Part shown: positions 24,901 to 38,227 of the stretch, in pieces
How the letters are laid out: each line of letters begins with the position of its first letter
How positions within the stretch are numbered: position 1 is the stretch's first letter
DNA from: Tubiluchus corallicola
Taxonomy: Eukaryota; Animalia; Priapulida
Assembly: GCA_030141605.1 (NCBI GenBank)
Contig: JAQGDQ010000178.1
Span: 372,001-436,000, forward strand
DNA: 64,000 nucleotides
Direction: 5' to 3'
Position numbers and translations under genes: made by a program
Notes under the pieces: generated by a model
Told to the model about the DNA's origin: nothing
Databases searched by the model: none
Seen by the model: only the letters and a program-made list of their open reading frames with translations

Positions 24901-27900
24901 GTTAAGCACAATTGATGATTCTTTTAAGTAATTGTCGCCTGCAGATTCTTCAAAATAATAAATCTATAGCAACCGTTAACCCTTTCACTATGCAATTGCA
25001 TCTTAACTGGGCTGCATTGACTTTTTGCACGTTTGACAATAGCTTCTTGTAGTGCGTTACTAAAATAGAATCTGGTAAATAAACAAATATGAGTTTGTTA
25101 TTAAACACTAATATTGAATATTAGTTCTATTTGTATATATGTACACAAAAACGTGCATGCAAGTACTCACTTAATTACTCATGCACGCACTTGCACACAT
25201 ACACACGTTAAAAGAAGACTTAAAAATGAGTGTTCACAAAAGTCACACGACTAATTTAAAGCATACAATCATTTTATAAAAAATGCAGAAAAAGTGACTA
25301 AACATAAGTTTCATTAAACATCAACAAGTGATTTTGGGTGAGAACTCATCATGCAGTAGAGTATCGTAAAATGCACGTGGCTTCAGATGGTGAAAGGCTG
25401 GTTAGTGTTATTCCTAATCCCAAGATTGTTAAACTGTTTTACAATGTTCTTGCATGGATGTATCAACAAAATAAACAGGTCCGAGCAATTGGGCTTAGTG
25501 CTGAGTTCTGGCGACAGTCTGACGCCGTCCGTCCCACACACAAAAAACGTAGGCAGCACTGTGCCGCCTTCTATAGTGTAAGGGTTGAGCGACCACACAA
25601 TTTTTTTTCTTTGTAGAAATAGATGTCAAATGGAATATGCATGCAATCCTGCTCGTTGTATTAGAATCAAATCACATAATAAATAAAAAATAAATAAAAT
25701 ACTGTGTAGTAGGCCTACAATATAAAATGTTCAAAGCTCAACGTAAACTTTTACCAAAAGGCAATGAAGGTAGCACCAACTTACTGTGCACGTCCAAAAT
25801 TATTGTTCCCACCAGCTAGCTCAAAAATGGGTGATATACCACCAGTTCCATGGAGTTCAATAAACACCCTAGCGCCAGTGCCGCTATAATCCGTATCAGC
25901 CGTGTATGTTTTTATGTAGTAAGTTGAATCATCTGACAAAAACAAAAAAACACAAACTTACTATCTTTAGTTTTGCTGACAGAAACTACTATATTGTCTT
26001 GTACTTGTTACAAGCCTGGGAACCTACACAGGACTTTCTAAATAGCTACCATTTTGAAAAATGCAAATGAAAAACAAAAAAAATCATACAATGTGTTTAC
26101 TTCATCACAGTACCACAATATGAAAAAGACTTGACAGGGTTTACGTACTTATAATATATGCTCTATATACTGTATAGCCAATGAGACGCTTGGGTGACTC
26201 ACCGTGTGGGGAAAGTACTTTTCCGTATCACTGCCTGAAGAGTCTAGACACCCACTGCCTGAAGCATCTAGACACCCGAGGGAATAGAGGGATGCAGTCC
26301 TTGCTTTGTCCAAGTAAATTGGTGAATAGGTTATAAGATTAGGGTTGTAAGTGAACAAATACGAAAAGATGGATATAGAAGATAAACATTAGAAAAAAAT
26401 TCTTATGCAATATCTCACCAAATTTCTTTTTCACTTCAAGCTACAAAATTGAAATATAAGAAAAAGCCAAGCAACTCACCTGTATAAAATTTCTCGGCGA
26501 TATCAGCATCATACATAATAGGAGGATCCTTTGTCCACCAATTTTTCGCACAAAACGTTTTCTTCTTTTTGGTAAAATTTGTGCAATTGACTGAAGCATT
26601 GAAATTGCATATATTCAAATTTAATGAACATTCATCAAGGCAGTCCTGACGCAGTGCAGAATCGCAAGGAGGTTCACACAAATGACACTGCTTGACACAC
26701 TCAATAACACTGACATTGCAATGTTCTGTGACATATGCACTGCACTCACCATAAATATTCCTACAATGTTGCCTGTCCACATCTAGCTGTATTGTTTGAA
26801 CACAAGCAGAGTCGTACTGATAGATGCATTCAGTGGTGCCTTCACAGTATCTGCTTTTTTGATCTAAACAAGTTGATCTCAGATTTACACATGTAAGCTG
26901 ACACTCTTTAAATTCATACTTACAATAATCAATGCAGGAAGAAACTTTTCTATCACAATTTGCGTTGCACTTGCTAAGTTCATTTGTGCACTTATCAACA
27001 CAAGCAGTATCAGTTGTTGTACAATTGCTTACACATGCATCTTGGTTAGTACTACATTCTTCAGAACAAGTATCTTTCTCCACTTGACAGTCACCTCTAC
27101 GTTTGTTCAAAAACTCTTTGCAGTTGAAGTCACAATTCATGTAAATGCCATGACAAGTCTCATTCACAACCTCAAGACAGTCTTTCAAACTGTTCTCACA
27201 TTTTTGAGAAACATTTTTACAATAATCAATCCACTCATTGTAGCAGCGATATTTCTGCAAACAAGCATCAACACTGCAGCTTCTAGATTTTTTATTGTTT
27301 TTACACTCAGAAGAAACTCTCTTGCATTCTTGTGATGGATCAAAACAAGGAGGAGTCAAATATTCATTGAACATTATGCCAATGTAGTAGTGAATTGAAC
27401 TGCTGCGATTGTTGTATAATACTACACTGTTATCTGGTTGGTCACTTGTAAAAAATGACTTAGCATTAGGAACGGGAATGTCATAGACGGATGAAAAATT
27501 TGAAAAATCTTCAAGAACTGGCCTTACATCCTCTTTAAAAATGACCTGAAAATTAGAACAGTTTTATAACAAACTCATCAAGAAGCATACCAAGTCAAAT
27601 ATCACATGCATTCGCTTAAGTATCAAGTGACATCAACGGGACGTCAGACGTTACCTGGGGCCCAGGAAAAAGTACTCCATAACCGTGATACTCTATAAGC
27701 ATACACTGATAATAATATGTATATGACTACTTAATAGATAGACATGCATGTAATAATAATAAGTGTACAAATAATGTACAATCTGTGGCTTCATAGAGAA
27801 CTTAAATATACTTTTCAAAGATGTTGACAAGTATCAACTACTTTACAGTATATTCAGATTCTAAGAAATACACTTCATGTGATTTCAACAAACAAAAATT

Positions 27901-30900
27901 GATGAACGTTTCATATCAAATTTTGTGTACCCATTCTGCTGTAAATTTACGTGACAGGTTCAATAAAGTCAAGTGGGATTCAAAACAGCTGGTCAATTTC
28001 GTTTATGCAAAATTTTCGTTTGATACTTGAGTTTTTGTCACATAAAAAGTTTTTGCAGCAAAGTAACTGCAGTAGGATTCATCACTTGAAACTGTTAGCT
28101 CATTAGCATGCTGTCAGTGTAGGTACATAGATAAAACAGCTGGTGCTACACTAGTATGAGATCTTTGGACACATGTTAACAGCTTCGCATACTCCATAGC
28201 CAACAACTTTTTGCAGCTCCAGGTGTGGCGCGTTAAATTTAACCGTAAATTAATTTGCAAACGACTGGCAAAGTTAAAGTACGAAATAAAAACCAATAAA
28301 TATATAGTTATACAGGCAATCTGGCCCCATAAAAAGTCCACAATATGCAATAACAAAGTGTGCAATAATGTAGTAATAATAACGATGACAGTTTTTTAGT
28401 TTTTGTGAGTTTGCATTACTGATGCGCAAGCAATAAACCATGTCTGCTATAATAGTGTTATACTGCATCTATTATACAATCAACTATAAGCTGTCCAAGT
28501 TTTACCACAGGACTGACCATACGTCTAATTGTAAGTTTTATCACTGACAATCATAAGGAAGCCTGGTACAATGTCTGGTACATAATCTTGTAATGTAGTC
28601 AGTAACAAACATAATACTTGCTAACTCCATCAATATAATATTTTAGAAAATAAAATAATCACTAATTCAACTTAAGCAAGTGGCTAAACTTAATTAAACA
28701 AGATTCGTCATTCTTCTTATTTTTCCAAAAAATAATTTACAAAAATGGCAACCAAAGTTTTTTTTTAATAAAAACAAACAATATTTTACGTACTTTTAAA
28801 GTTGCATTCTTTTGCAAGCCCTCAAAACCCAAAATGAAGAAACTGTAAGAACTGACAGTGAAATTGTAAACAGTGATATCTTTGTCAGTATAATTTCCAT
28901 AATGCTGGACCACAAAAGATGCAACCAATGAATCACTTGTTGCTGTAAATATTCAAAAAAATTAAAAAATCATTACTGCTTCATTACTCAATCTTTCTTA
29001 GTTTACTCTTCATAACTTAAAATTGACAATGATAGCTTGTTAACACTGCCTTTTAATTTAGTTTGGTTTAAATATAGTTAATTTATTGTAATATGACAGG
29101 GATTACAATATGGCTTGAACAAAACAGTTTTACAACTGATAGACATTCTTACCAATGGAACATAACACTTAGAAGAGTGCAGACAATAAATGAACAGTAG
29201 AAGCATTAAATTCAAATTCAGTTTATTTCACCAGCAGACAAGCAAACTACAATAATACACATTATAAATGTACAACTTTTTTGTATAATTCAAAAAACAA
29301 CAACAACAAAAATAATTTCTGATTCCATAAACATAGCAATTATAGTGTTGAAACTTGTCGCATGGGAGCTATAAAGATGACCTTACTAAGCCAAAATGAA
29401 ATGTGAAACGAAGAATGAAGATAATGAGGAGAATAAAGAAGAGCTATGCTGCAGTTAGTAGAAAGAAAACAGAAGAAAAGAAGTCAAACGAAAACATGTT
29501 CAGAATAGCTGCAGCTGATTTTTGACAAGAAATCATCGCTGGATGCCGTAAGACTGACAGGAAAAACCACCCAAGTGAATTATTCACTATTAGAAATAAG
29601 ACAGAAATGTACGCTATTTCAAACACTTTTTAAAAGTATTTATAGATTTGCTGTTGTTAATGTTTGGACGAATATTGTTCCAATATAAAGAGGCTGTGAA
29701 TTTAAGAAAATGTCTATGAATATTCATTCTACAGTACAATAGGGTACAAAATACTCATTAAGACAGGTATTATTGTGTTTAATCACATAAGATTGGATAA
29801 AAAAGTAGTTGGAAATAAACTGAAATGTGTTTTGTACATATATGTAGAGAAGTTAAATGAAATTAAATCTTCTAAAATTGAAATACTACAGTTTCGAAGT
29901 AAGTAGTGATTTAGTTAGTTGTCTATTTTCTTTGATATCTATTTAAGATAACCAAGTCTGTAGGATAAGTTCTGCCCCATAACACAAAACAATGTTAAGC
30001 AAGGAAAAATTAATGTATTATATAATGATAATAAATAAAATTTACATGGTTTATATTTGATATATGAAATTATTCAAGGCTTTTGCAATTTTTGACTTAT
30101 CGTGTTTACATGAGGCTGCTTCCAATCTAAGTTTTCATGAATGACAATTCCCAGAGATTTGAATGTACTCACACGCTCGATCAAACAGCCATCGGTATAC
30201 ATATTTATATCATTTGGAAGTGTTTTGTTTTTGTTATGAAAAATCATGCATTTTGTTTTGTAGGGATTAAGAGATAATGTTATATGAGAACAATCTGTAA
30301 TTACAGGTAGCGTCTCATTTATCTGTTTTATGGAGTAAGAAGATGGACTGAGAAATAAGGTTGTGTCATTAGCAAACTGAAGTAGGTTCAAGTTGTGTAA
30401 TAAGTTACTTAAATCATTTATGTAAAGCAAGAACAACATGGGTCCCAATATGGAACCCTGAGGAACGCCACATTTCATACCCGACAACAATTCTAACTTC
30501 TTACTTGTTGAGTATGACTGGCTAAGTAACTGACAAACAAGGTATTGGTTGTGCCTCGAATTCTATAATGAGTCAGTTTTTGAAGAAGAATTGAGTGGTC
30601 TATAGTTTCGAATGCTTTTCATAGGACACAGAAAATGTCTGCTGCTAGAGAGTTATTTTCAATAGTGGCTACAATAGTGGTTATAGTGCATCACTATTTT
30701 TGAAAAGGGGTATCATTACAGCTTGTTTTAAATTTGTTGGGAACATATCCACACTAGGTGATGCATTTATTATATATGACTAATAGGTGTAGCAATGGAT
30801 GGCATTGGCATGGTGTCATGAAATACCTTGGGAGAAAAATTGTCTATTCCTGGACTTTTACTTGAGTTTAACGTTTTACAGATGCTTATTACCTCGGCAG

Positions 30901-33900
30901 GACTAATTGGTTTAAAAAAAGATCTTAAAACAATTTCCCATTAAATGATCCGCTTAATGCTTGTTTGAATTTCAAATTTTATTTGCAAGAGATGGTGCTA
31001 TATTTGCGAAATATTCATTGAATTTATTTGGGGTACAGTAAATTAACATACTGTCTTTACAAATATATTGTTTGAGATTCTCAGTTTCTGCAGCTTGGCT
31101 GGCTACTTTAGATGCAGTGGTTTTCACTAAGGCTGTAAGATCATTGTTCTCTTGTTCAGTATTTTCTAATCTTGTCACACATCGCACAAAGATTATCATA
31201 TTTAGTTTCCAAAGATGTTTGTCCTGCCTCAAGTTTTTTCAAACCAATTTGGATTTTGCCCATTTCAGACATCATTTCTCCTCTAAATTTTTACAGTTCA
31301 GATGAAAGGTTTTCGTCAGTATTAGATTTCATATTACCTTCAATATAGTGTCACATTACAGTATGATTGCTAGCAGTGTAGATCCTGCTACAACAATACC
31401 TAGCGTAATGTTGAGAATGACATGTGTAAACAATGTAAACTAGTACAATGGTTAGAAGTGCTTAGTTAAAAATATAAATATCTGTACAAGCTTAATACTT
31501 GAGTATTAACAGTTATAAGTAGATATTGATGGCCAAGAAGAAGTAGATAAATGACTTCATTTGTCGACAGATTAATATCCTAATATTATACGTAATTAAC
31601 AGAGTACAGAGTTTGTTTAATATCTCAGGTCTGGTGATATAAGGGGCAGCTATTTAGAAAATGACCAGTGGTTTCAAAAGAGGCACCGCATCTATAAGTA
31701 GGTAAAATGGGGTTCCCTGACTTTCTTTTTCGTTACAAGGATAATAGAAACGAGAATTCTACTAATACGTTCACATTCAGTAAAAAAACTTGATTCAAAC
31801 GTCTACCATACATTTCTAAAAAGCTTAAACATGCTCAGCAGCAAACCAAAATCAATTAACAGTACCTTGTGTATCAATAAAGAAATCCAAAGGTCGTGAA
31901 ATTGGTTCCTCTTCACGTTTCGATGGGTCAGTCATACTAAAACTCAATACTGGGGTATTCACAAGCAAGGCAGATTCATCCCAGACAAATGGGTTTTCAG
32001 AAACAACATACATCTAGCAAGCACAACATAATGATAAACACTATCTGTTAATTGACCAAAAATACGAACCTACATAATAAGAATTTGTTAAGGTATTTGG
32101 TAAAATGGCAAACTATAAGAATTTGTTGAGCTTTTTGATAAAACAGAAAACTAATTGCTTCAAAGCCTCACTCTGAAACACTTCAAACATTAACTAGTGT
32201 GTAAATAAATTATTAAACTTACCACTGCATCCACGGTTTTGTAATCGTCAGCCACAGCATCTGTGTTTTTATCGTCCAGTGAAGGTTCTAATGGAGGGAG
32301 AAATACACGTCCAGAAGCTTCTAGATCAAATTGAAAACCTAGAAATAGGTGAACATATATGACAGGAAAATTAAAAATGATATTATCAGTAAATGGCACT
32401 TATTAGACTCACTGTTAATAGAATCAGTCACCTAATTGACTCACTAATGTCTGGTTACCCACTCCAATGTTAGTAATGGAAAAATGGTGAAGTAAACTTA
32501 CTAGTGCAGTGAGATTTAGTTTGTACTCAGACAACATACAGATAACATATTGACAACAAACAAAAAAATTTACTTGTTGTAACCATTTGAAAGCTAATAT
32601 ATTAGTCATAAAAATTTACATATGGGTACAGGTGGCGCTGTTGTATTGTGAGCTACATGGAAGAAATCTCAGCCCTTCTCTGTCATGCTGGGCTAATAGC
32701 TTAGGTGGTAGAGCCTGTGAGTACTAATACTATCAGCTTCAGGTTCAAATCCCAGCTATTCAACAATTTTTCAGTGTCTCCTTTGTCTAACTCATTAGCC
32801 TCAGAGTAACAGCTGATAAAATAAGCCGTTCTGGTTTACAATAAAATTCTGGCAATCATAATTAATTAACAATGAAACTTGTTTTACCCTCAGAGCTTTT
32901 GGTGCGTTTTTTGTCCACTATAAGTTTAAGCGATTCGGTAATGATAGTACTAGGTTCTTCACCAAGAATTTTATAATCAAGAACAACTTTTGCAACACTG
33001 TCGACGATCTTCAACGTTTTCAAGGATGTGTCTTCTGCCTGTTTGAAAATACATAGTTACTGTAAGTACAGAAAATGTCAGGAAATGTGTCGTTTCAGGA
33101 AAAGTCCACTAAAAAAATTAAGTACTTCACAATGAAATTAGAATATAGAAAGGGCAACCTACAAAAAATAGTCAGATTAGTGTGGACATAAATAAACTAA
33201 CTCAACTTACTTTGTTTAAATGGAAATGATACTGAAAATTTCTACCAGGAAGAGGTTTAATTGTGTCCAAAAACATTAAAGGATAACTAGCCATAACATA
33301 GAAATCACAAATGCCATTAGGCATACACAGGCATTTTTGAAAATTATCCATTTGTATAATCCACTTATAGCGAGTTTCAAGGGACCATGAAAATTTGCTC
33401 CCCACAACCGACTCTCATTTTTGATGAGGTGAACTGCTTGAGTAAACAAGATACAAATGAAGATTATACAAAGTGGATGAAACAAGGATGAAAAGGGCAC
33501 TTTCTTTTGGGACTGGCACAAGTTTCTCAATGAGTGCCATTCTTAAGCAACTAATTAATCACAAGAGTAAACCCTTAGTGTTTAAATTTTCTTTTTATAT
33601 AGGATTAAGGCGGTATTTTATGCAATAAATAAAACTGTCATGCAAGTTTCTTTTCTCTAAGTTAAAACTGCTGTGATTCATTGTGATTTCTGTTGATAGT
33701 TGAGTGTGTTTTGCCTGATCGTGCATGGTTATTCATGATCATATAAATGCGTTGGATGTATTTTGCACTGAACGCGGTTAGATCTGTGTGGGCGGAAAAC
33801 AAACCTGATTTTTATTTAAATCTGTACAGGACAGTTTGTTTTATAATTATAAAGCATTTTCAACATGGACCAATGTCAGCTAATATCTAATTACCCATGT

Positions 33901-36900
33901 GTAACTTAACGTAAAATCACTGTATTTATTTAAAACAACATCTTTATTAGAAATTCAACTTTGAAAAGTCACAGAATTACTTATTATGCAACAAAGGCCA
34001 ATTTATTTTTTAAAAAAACTCAGTTATTTTGCCAACTTTACATAAAATTGCCTCACAGGAGGCGCTGTCAAGTTTTGATAGGAATGAGAACAGATTCAGT
34101 TGCTGGTGATGACTTAAAAACTGCTTAAGTTTAGCAATGACTTCAATGGTGTCATTCAATGTAACGCATTCACAAACTGGTTCTTTTTCTGCATCTGCAT
34201 CATGTCATTGATTCGTTCCGACTGTAAGTTACAATTACAGCAGGGCCAGTAGCTGCAAACCTATTTGAATATCTGCATCTTCTGTACTTGATCTACCTTG
34301 TTTTATGCACCAGTAGTAAACTAATCCTCATGGTGATCTCTTTGCTCTTGTTGAATGGTGCCAATTTGCCCTTTGTTTTATTATTTGCACTCATTATATG
34401 CACAGGAAATACAATCACAGGGCCATAAAATTCACACGTAAGAAGCAAAATATCGGATCTCTCTGTAAGCAAGGTTCAAAGATATTATTTAAGCCTAATA
34501 ATTGACATGTCTTTGAAATTTACTCGCAATAACCAGAAACTCTTTATAACAGAACTCGCTATAAGTGGATTATACTGTATAATAAAAGAAAACAAGCGAA
34601 AGCTACGTCTTCTATTATTTTGTCTTTGCTTCGATTTTCCTCTAGTGACACTTTATCTTCCACGATTTCATATCCCTCATCTTCATCAAGCAAAATTTGT
34701 TTTTTAGCAGATTTAACACTGCCACCAAATATGCTTGACGTGCCAATCATCATGAATCTGCAACAAGATAAACAATAAACAAAAATAAAATAAACAGTGT
34801 GCAAATATACAGCGTGCTGCCAGATTGATTGATAACATGCAGAGTATGCAAAATACTAAATAAGTAAGACAAACAATTTTCCCAAGTGGAATTTAATTTT
34901 AATGAAAAGATTGTCACAATTTCTTGTAGAACTATAAGAATTGTAAAAGTTCATACTTTGCAGCATTTTCCAGTTCAGCATCGATAGTTTTTTCTAAAAC
35001 ATGCTTGTCCATTTGGCTTCCTATTTCAGTGAACTTTGTCATGGCATTTTGCTGAAAATTATGACACATGAATAAACCCAATACACAAATGAATACAAAC
35101 ACAACAAACGAATAACAGCAAAGTTCACACGTTTATTCACCGCAAAAGGTATAGAGATTCTTTATGATAAATAAATGCCAATAATAACCAAAAAAGTAGA
35201 TAAATTAATACCATTGCTTGTGGTGATAGTTCCTCAGCAACCAGAGAGTTTTGGCTAAGAAGTACTGCAACTTGTTGTACAGATTTGGTGTTATAAAGTG
35301 GAGTCTTAGCCAAAACATCCATAATAGAGGACCGAACCTACCAAATCAAGTTATCAGTAAAGTTAGCATACAGATATTATTCCTGAAAAGCGGGTTTCTT
35401 TAATCACTTCATGTAAATACTAAACTATTATGATTACAGATATGCATACTATTGACACTGCAGCCATTTTGTAAATATAGTGTGAAACAATGCATAAGAT
35501 TTTGCACAAAAAAATAAACATCCATAATAAAATACCGTATATTATCCAAAATGCTAAAAGTTTTGCAAAATAAACACTATAATCTAATATGCGATTATTA
35601 TAATGGATGAACAGCATTCCAAAATTGTAAGTGTAATCAATACACTTCAAAACATCGAGCTTGATTTTGCCTAAAAAACCTTAATAACATCAAAAAATGG
35701 AATCTATAAACAATAGAAGAGCATACTAGCCCTTTGTATCATTTGATGTCATGTCACACCATTGTACATGTGCAGTATCGATTTCAGATGTGAATACGAT
35801 ACACAATAATGTGTGAAAAATACTTTTCATATAATTCAGAGAATTCATACAAATGGGTGGAAATATATACAGTCTGATTTGTTGTTTTTATAGAAAGAAA
35901 TGCATAACGCTTACGTCTACGAGTTGTTGCTTCAAATGTTTTGCTGTTATTGAAATATGTAGTTTAAATTAATTCATGACTTTGTAAGAAAAACCGCACA
36001 ACTATATGATTAAAAGAGTGGGCACCCAAAATATAATTCATTGTAACTTACAAGATTTGGAGCATATACATTATTAATTTTTATCACAACTCTAACATTA
36101 AATAAAACACAGGCAGGATAACCAATCATATATAATTAATCACTAATTGTTACATTATAAATATGCAATAAGCACAATGCACTAATCTTAGATATAGGAC
36201 GCGTGAATTAGCATATAACTATTCAAAAAAATGTTAGGGAAAAAAATAACCTAATGAGCTAGACGGATAATTTGACGTCTGCTTATAGGAATAGCAAGCA
36301 GCAAATGGTCACCTGTACAGAGGTGACAATAAATATTGTAACTTAAAATTAAGCCGGTATAACTGATTCAAGGTTAACCTAATCTAAAAGACTCTAGGTA
36401 GATTTGCAAAAATTGTAGCAGCTGAAATAAACTAGTTAGCAATACTATAAATAAAAAGTCTTGCAGCAGAGTTGAACTCAATCACGGATATATGTGACAT
36501 AATAATTATAATGATAATAATAATAACTAGCAAAGGCCCCACAAAAGGTTTTGCGTAAAAAACCACGTATAATCAATAACACGCGAAAGTCCTACACAGT
36601 CCTCATTTATAACACAAAGCCCGTAACATCCTGCCTACTTACCTAACGCAAAGCCAGCAGCGTTTACTCCTGCCTACTGTATGTTTATCTAATGCAAAGC
36701 AGCTTTTTGCTGAATTAAAGCTATAAGCAATAATGGATGACGTCAGCACAATGGAATGCGGTCAGCACAGTTTTCTAAGCGAAAATTGTCGAAATTTGCG
36801 GAAAATAGAACATGTAATTAACTCGTCGATACTCCTCTCGGTGGACCTGCCCTAAAATATAGCCCACATCATCGTGTAGCCTTGTCCTTCCTCTTTGTAA

Positions 36901-38163
36901 AGAGCTATATATCTCCTTCCGAGAGTCCAACCAGGCACCGCTAGAACGTTTTTCCCGCAGGCTGTTTGGTCAAAATTTCGAAAAAATCGCGAGTTGGGTC
37001 CGGGAAAACACCCGCTGTGGGACCCCGTGGCCCTCTCGCGAATTCTAAATATGCCTACTACACCCACCGCTGAACGGGCTATCTATCCATACCCAGTACC
37101 ACCCTCGACCTGTTCCCGTTCTCTACATCTCAGCCGTATAACTTTTGCAAAAAACGGCCGAAAAATGGCCATTTTTGGGGGGTTTTCGCCCCCACTCCTC
37201 CTGGTGGGCCCGATTCGAAAAATAAACCATCAATGGCACAACACTAGATCGATACCTTTCGTTTGATGTATAGATCGCCGCAAATGGTGCCCTCGTCGAA
37301 GCTGTAGCCTCGAATCTTATATATATATATATATATATAACATACCAAGAATATTAATATAAGAGACTAGCAAACGCCCCGCAAAAGATTCTGTGTATAA
37401 ATACACGTATAATCAATAATACGCAAACATCCTACCTAGTCCTCATGTATAACATAAAGCCCGTAGCATCCTGCCTACTTTTTGCTGAATTAAAGCTATA
37501 AGATTATAGGCAGAGTACAATGGATGATGTCACTACAATGCCTTTGCGTCACCAGTTTTCTAAGCGAAAATTGTCTAAATTTGCGGAAAATAGAACACGT
37601 AATTAACTCCTCGGTACTCCTTTCGGTGGACCTGCCCTAATATATAGCCCACATCATTGTGTAGCCCCGTTCTTCCTCTCTCTAAAGAGCTGTATATCTC
37701 CTTCCGAGAGTCCCACCGGGCGCCACAAGAACGTTTTTTCCGCAGGCTGTTTGGTCAAAATTTCGAAAAAATCGCGAGTTGGGTCCGGGAAAATGCCTGT
37801 TGCGGGGCGCCGTGGCCCTCTCGCGAATTCTAAATATGCCTACTACACCCACCACTGAACGGGCTATCTATCCATAGCCAACACCACCCTCGGCCCATTC
37901 CCGTTCTCTACATCTCAGCCATATAACTTTTGCAATTTTTGCAAAAAACGGCCAAAAAATGGCCATTTTTGGAGGTTTTTTGCCTCCCCTTCCTTCCGGT
38001 GGGCCCAATTCGAAAAATAAACCATTAATGGCACGACAATAGATCGAAACCTTTCATTTGATATATAGATCGCCGCAAATGGTGCCCTCGTCGGAGCTGT
38101 AGCCTCAAATCTTATATATATATATATTAAGATACCAAGAATATTAATATAAGAGAATAGATG

Positions 38164-38227
<64 letters not shown>

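Noticed and set aside
26149-26358. Possible exon with strong gtgagt donor at 26203 and a 24-bp duplication (GCLDASGS x2)
   Set aside because: Best reading enters in phase 1 and exits in phase 0, incompatible with the next phase-1 exon
32690-32765. Functional tRNA gene
   Set aside because: A and B boxes present but cloverleaf stems do not pair cleanly; more likely SINE-derived
34715-34745. SIFGGS hexapeptide identical to the post-GPS stalk start
   Set aside because: Six residues in a 3,400-aa protein with no flanking similarity; treated as chance
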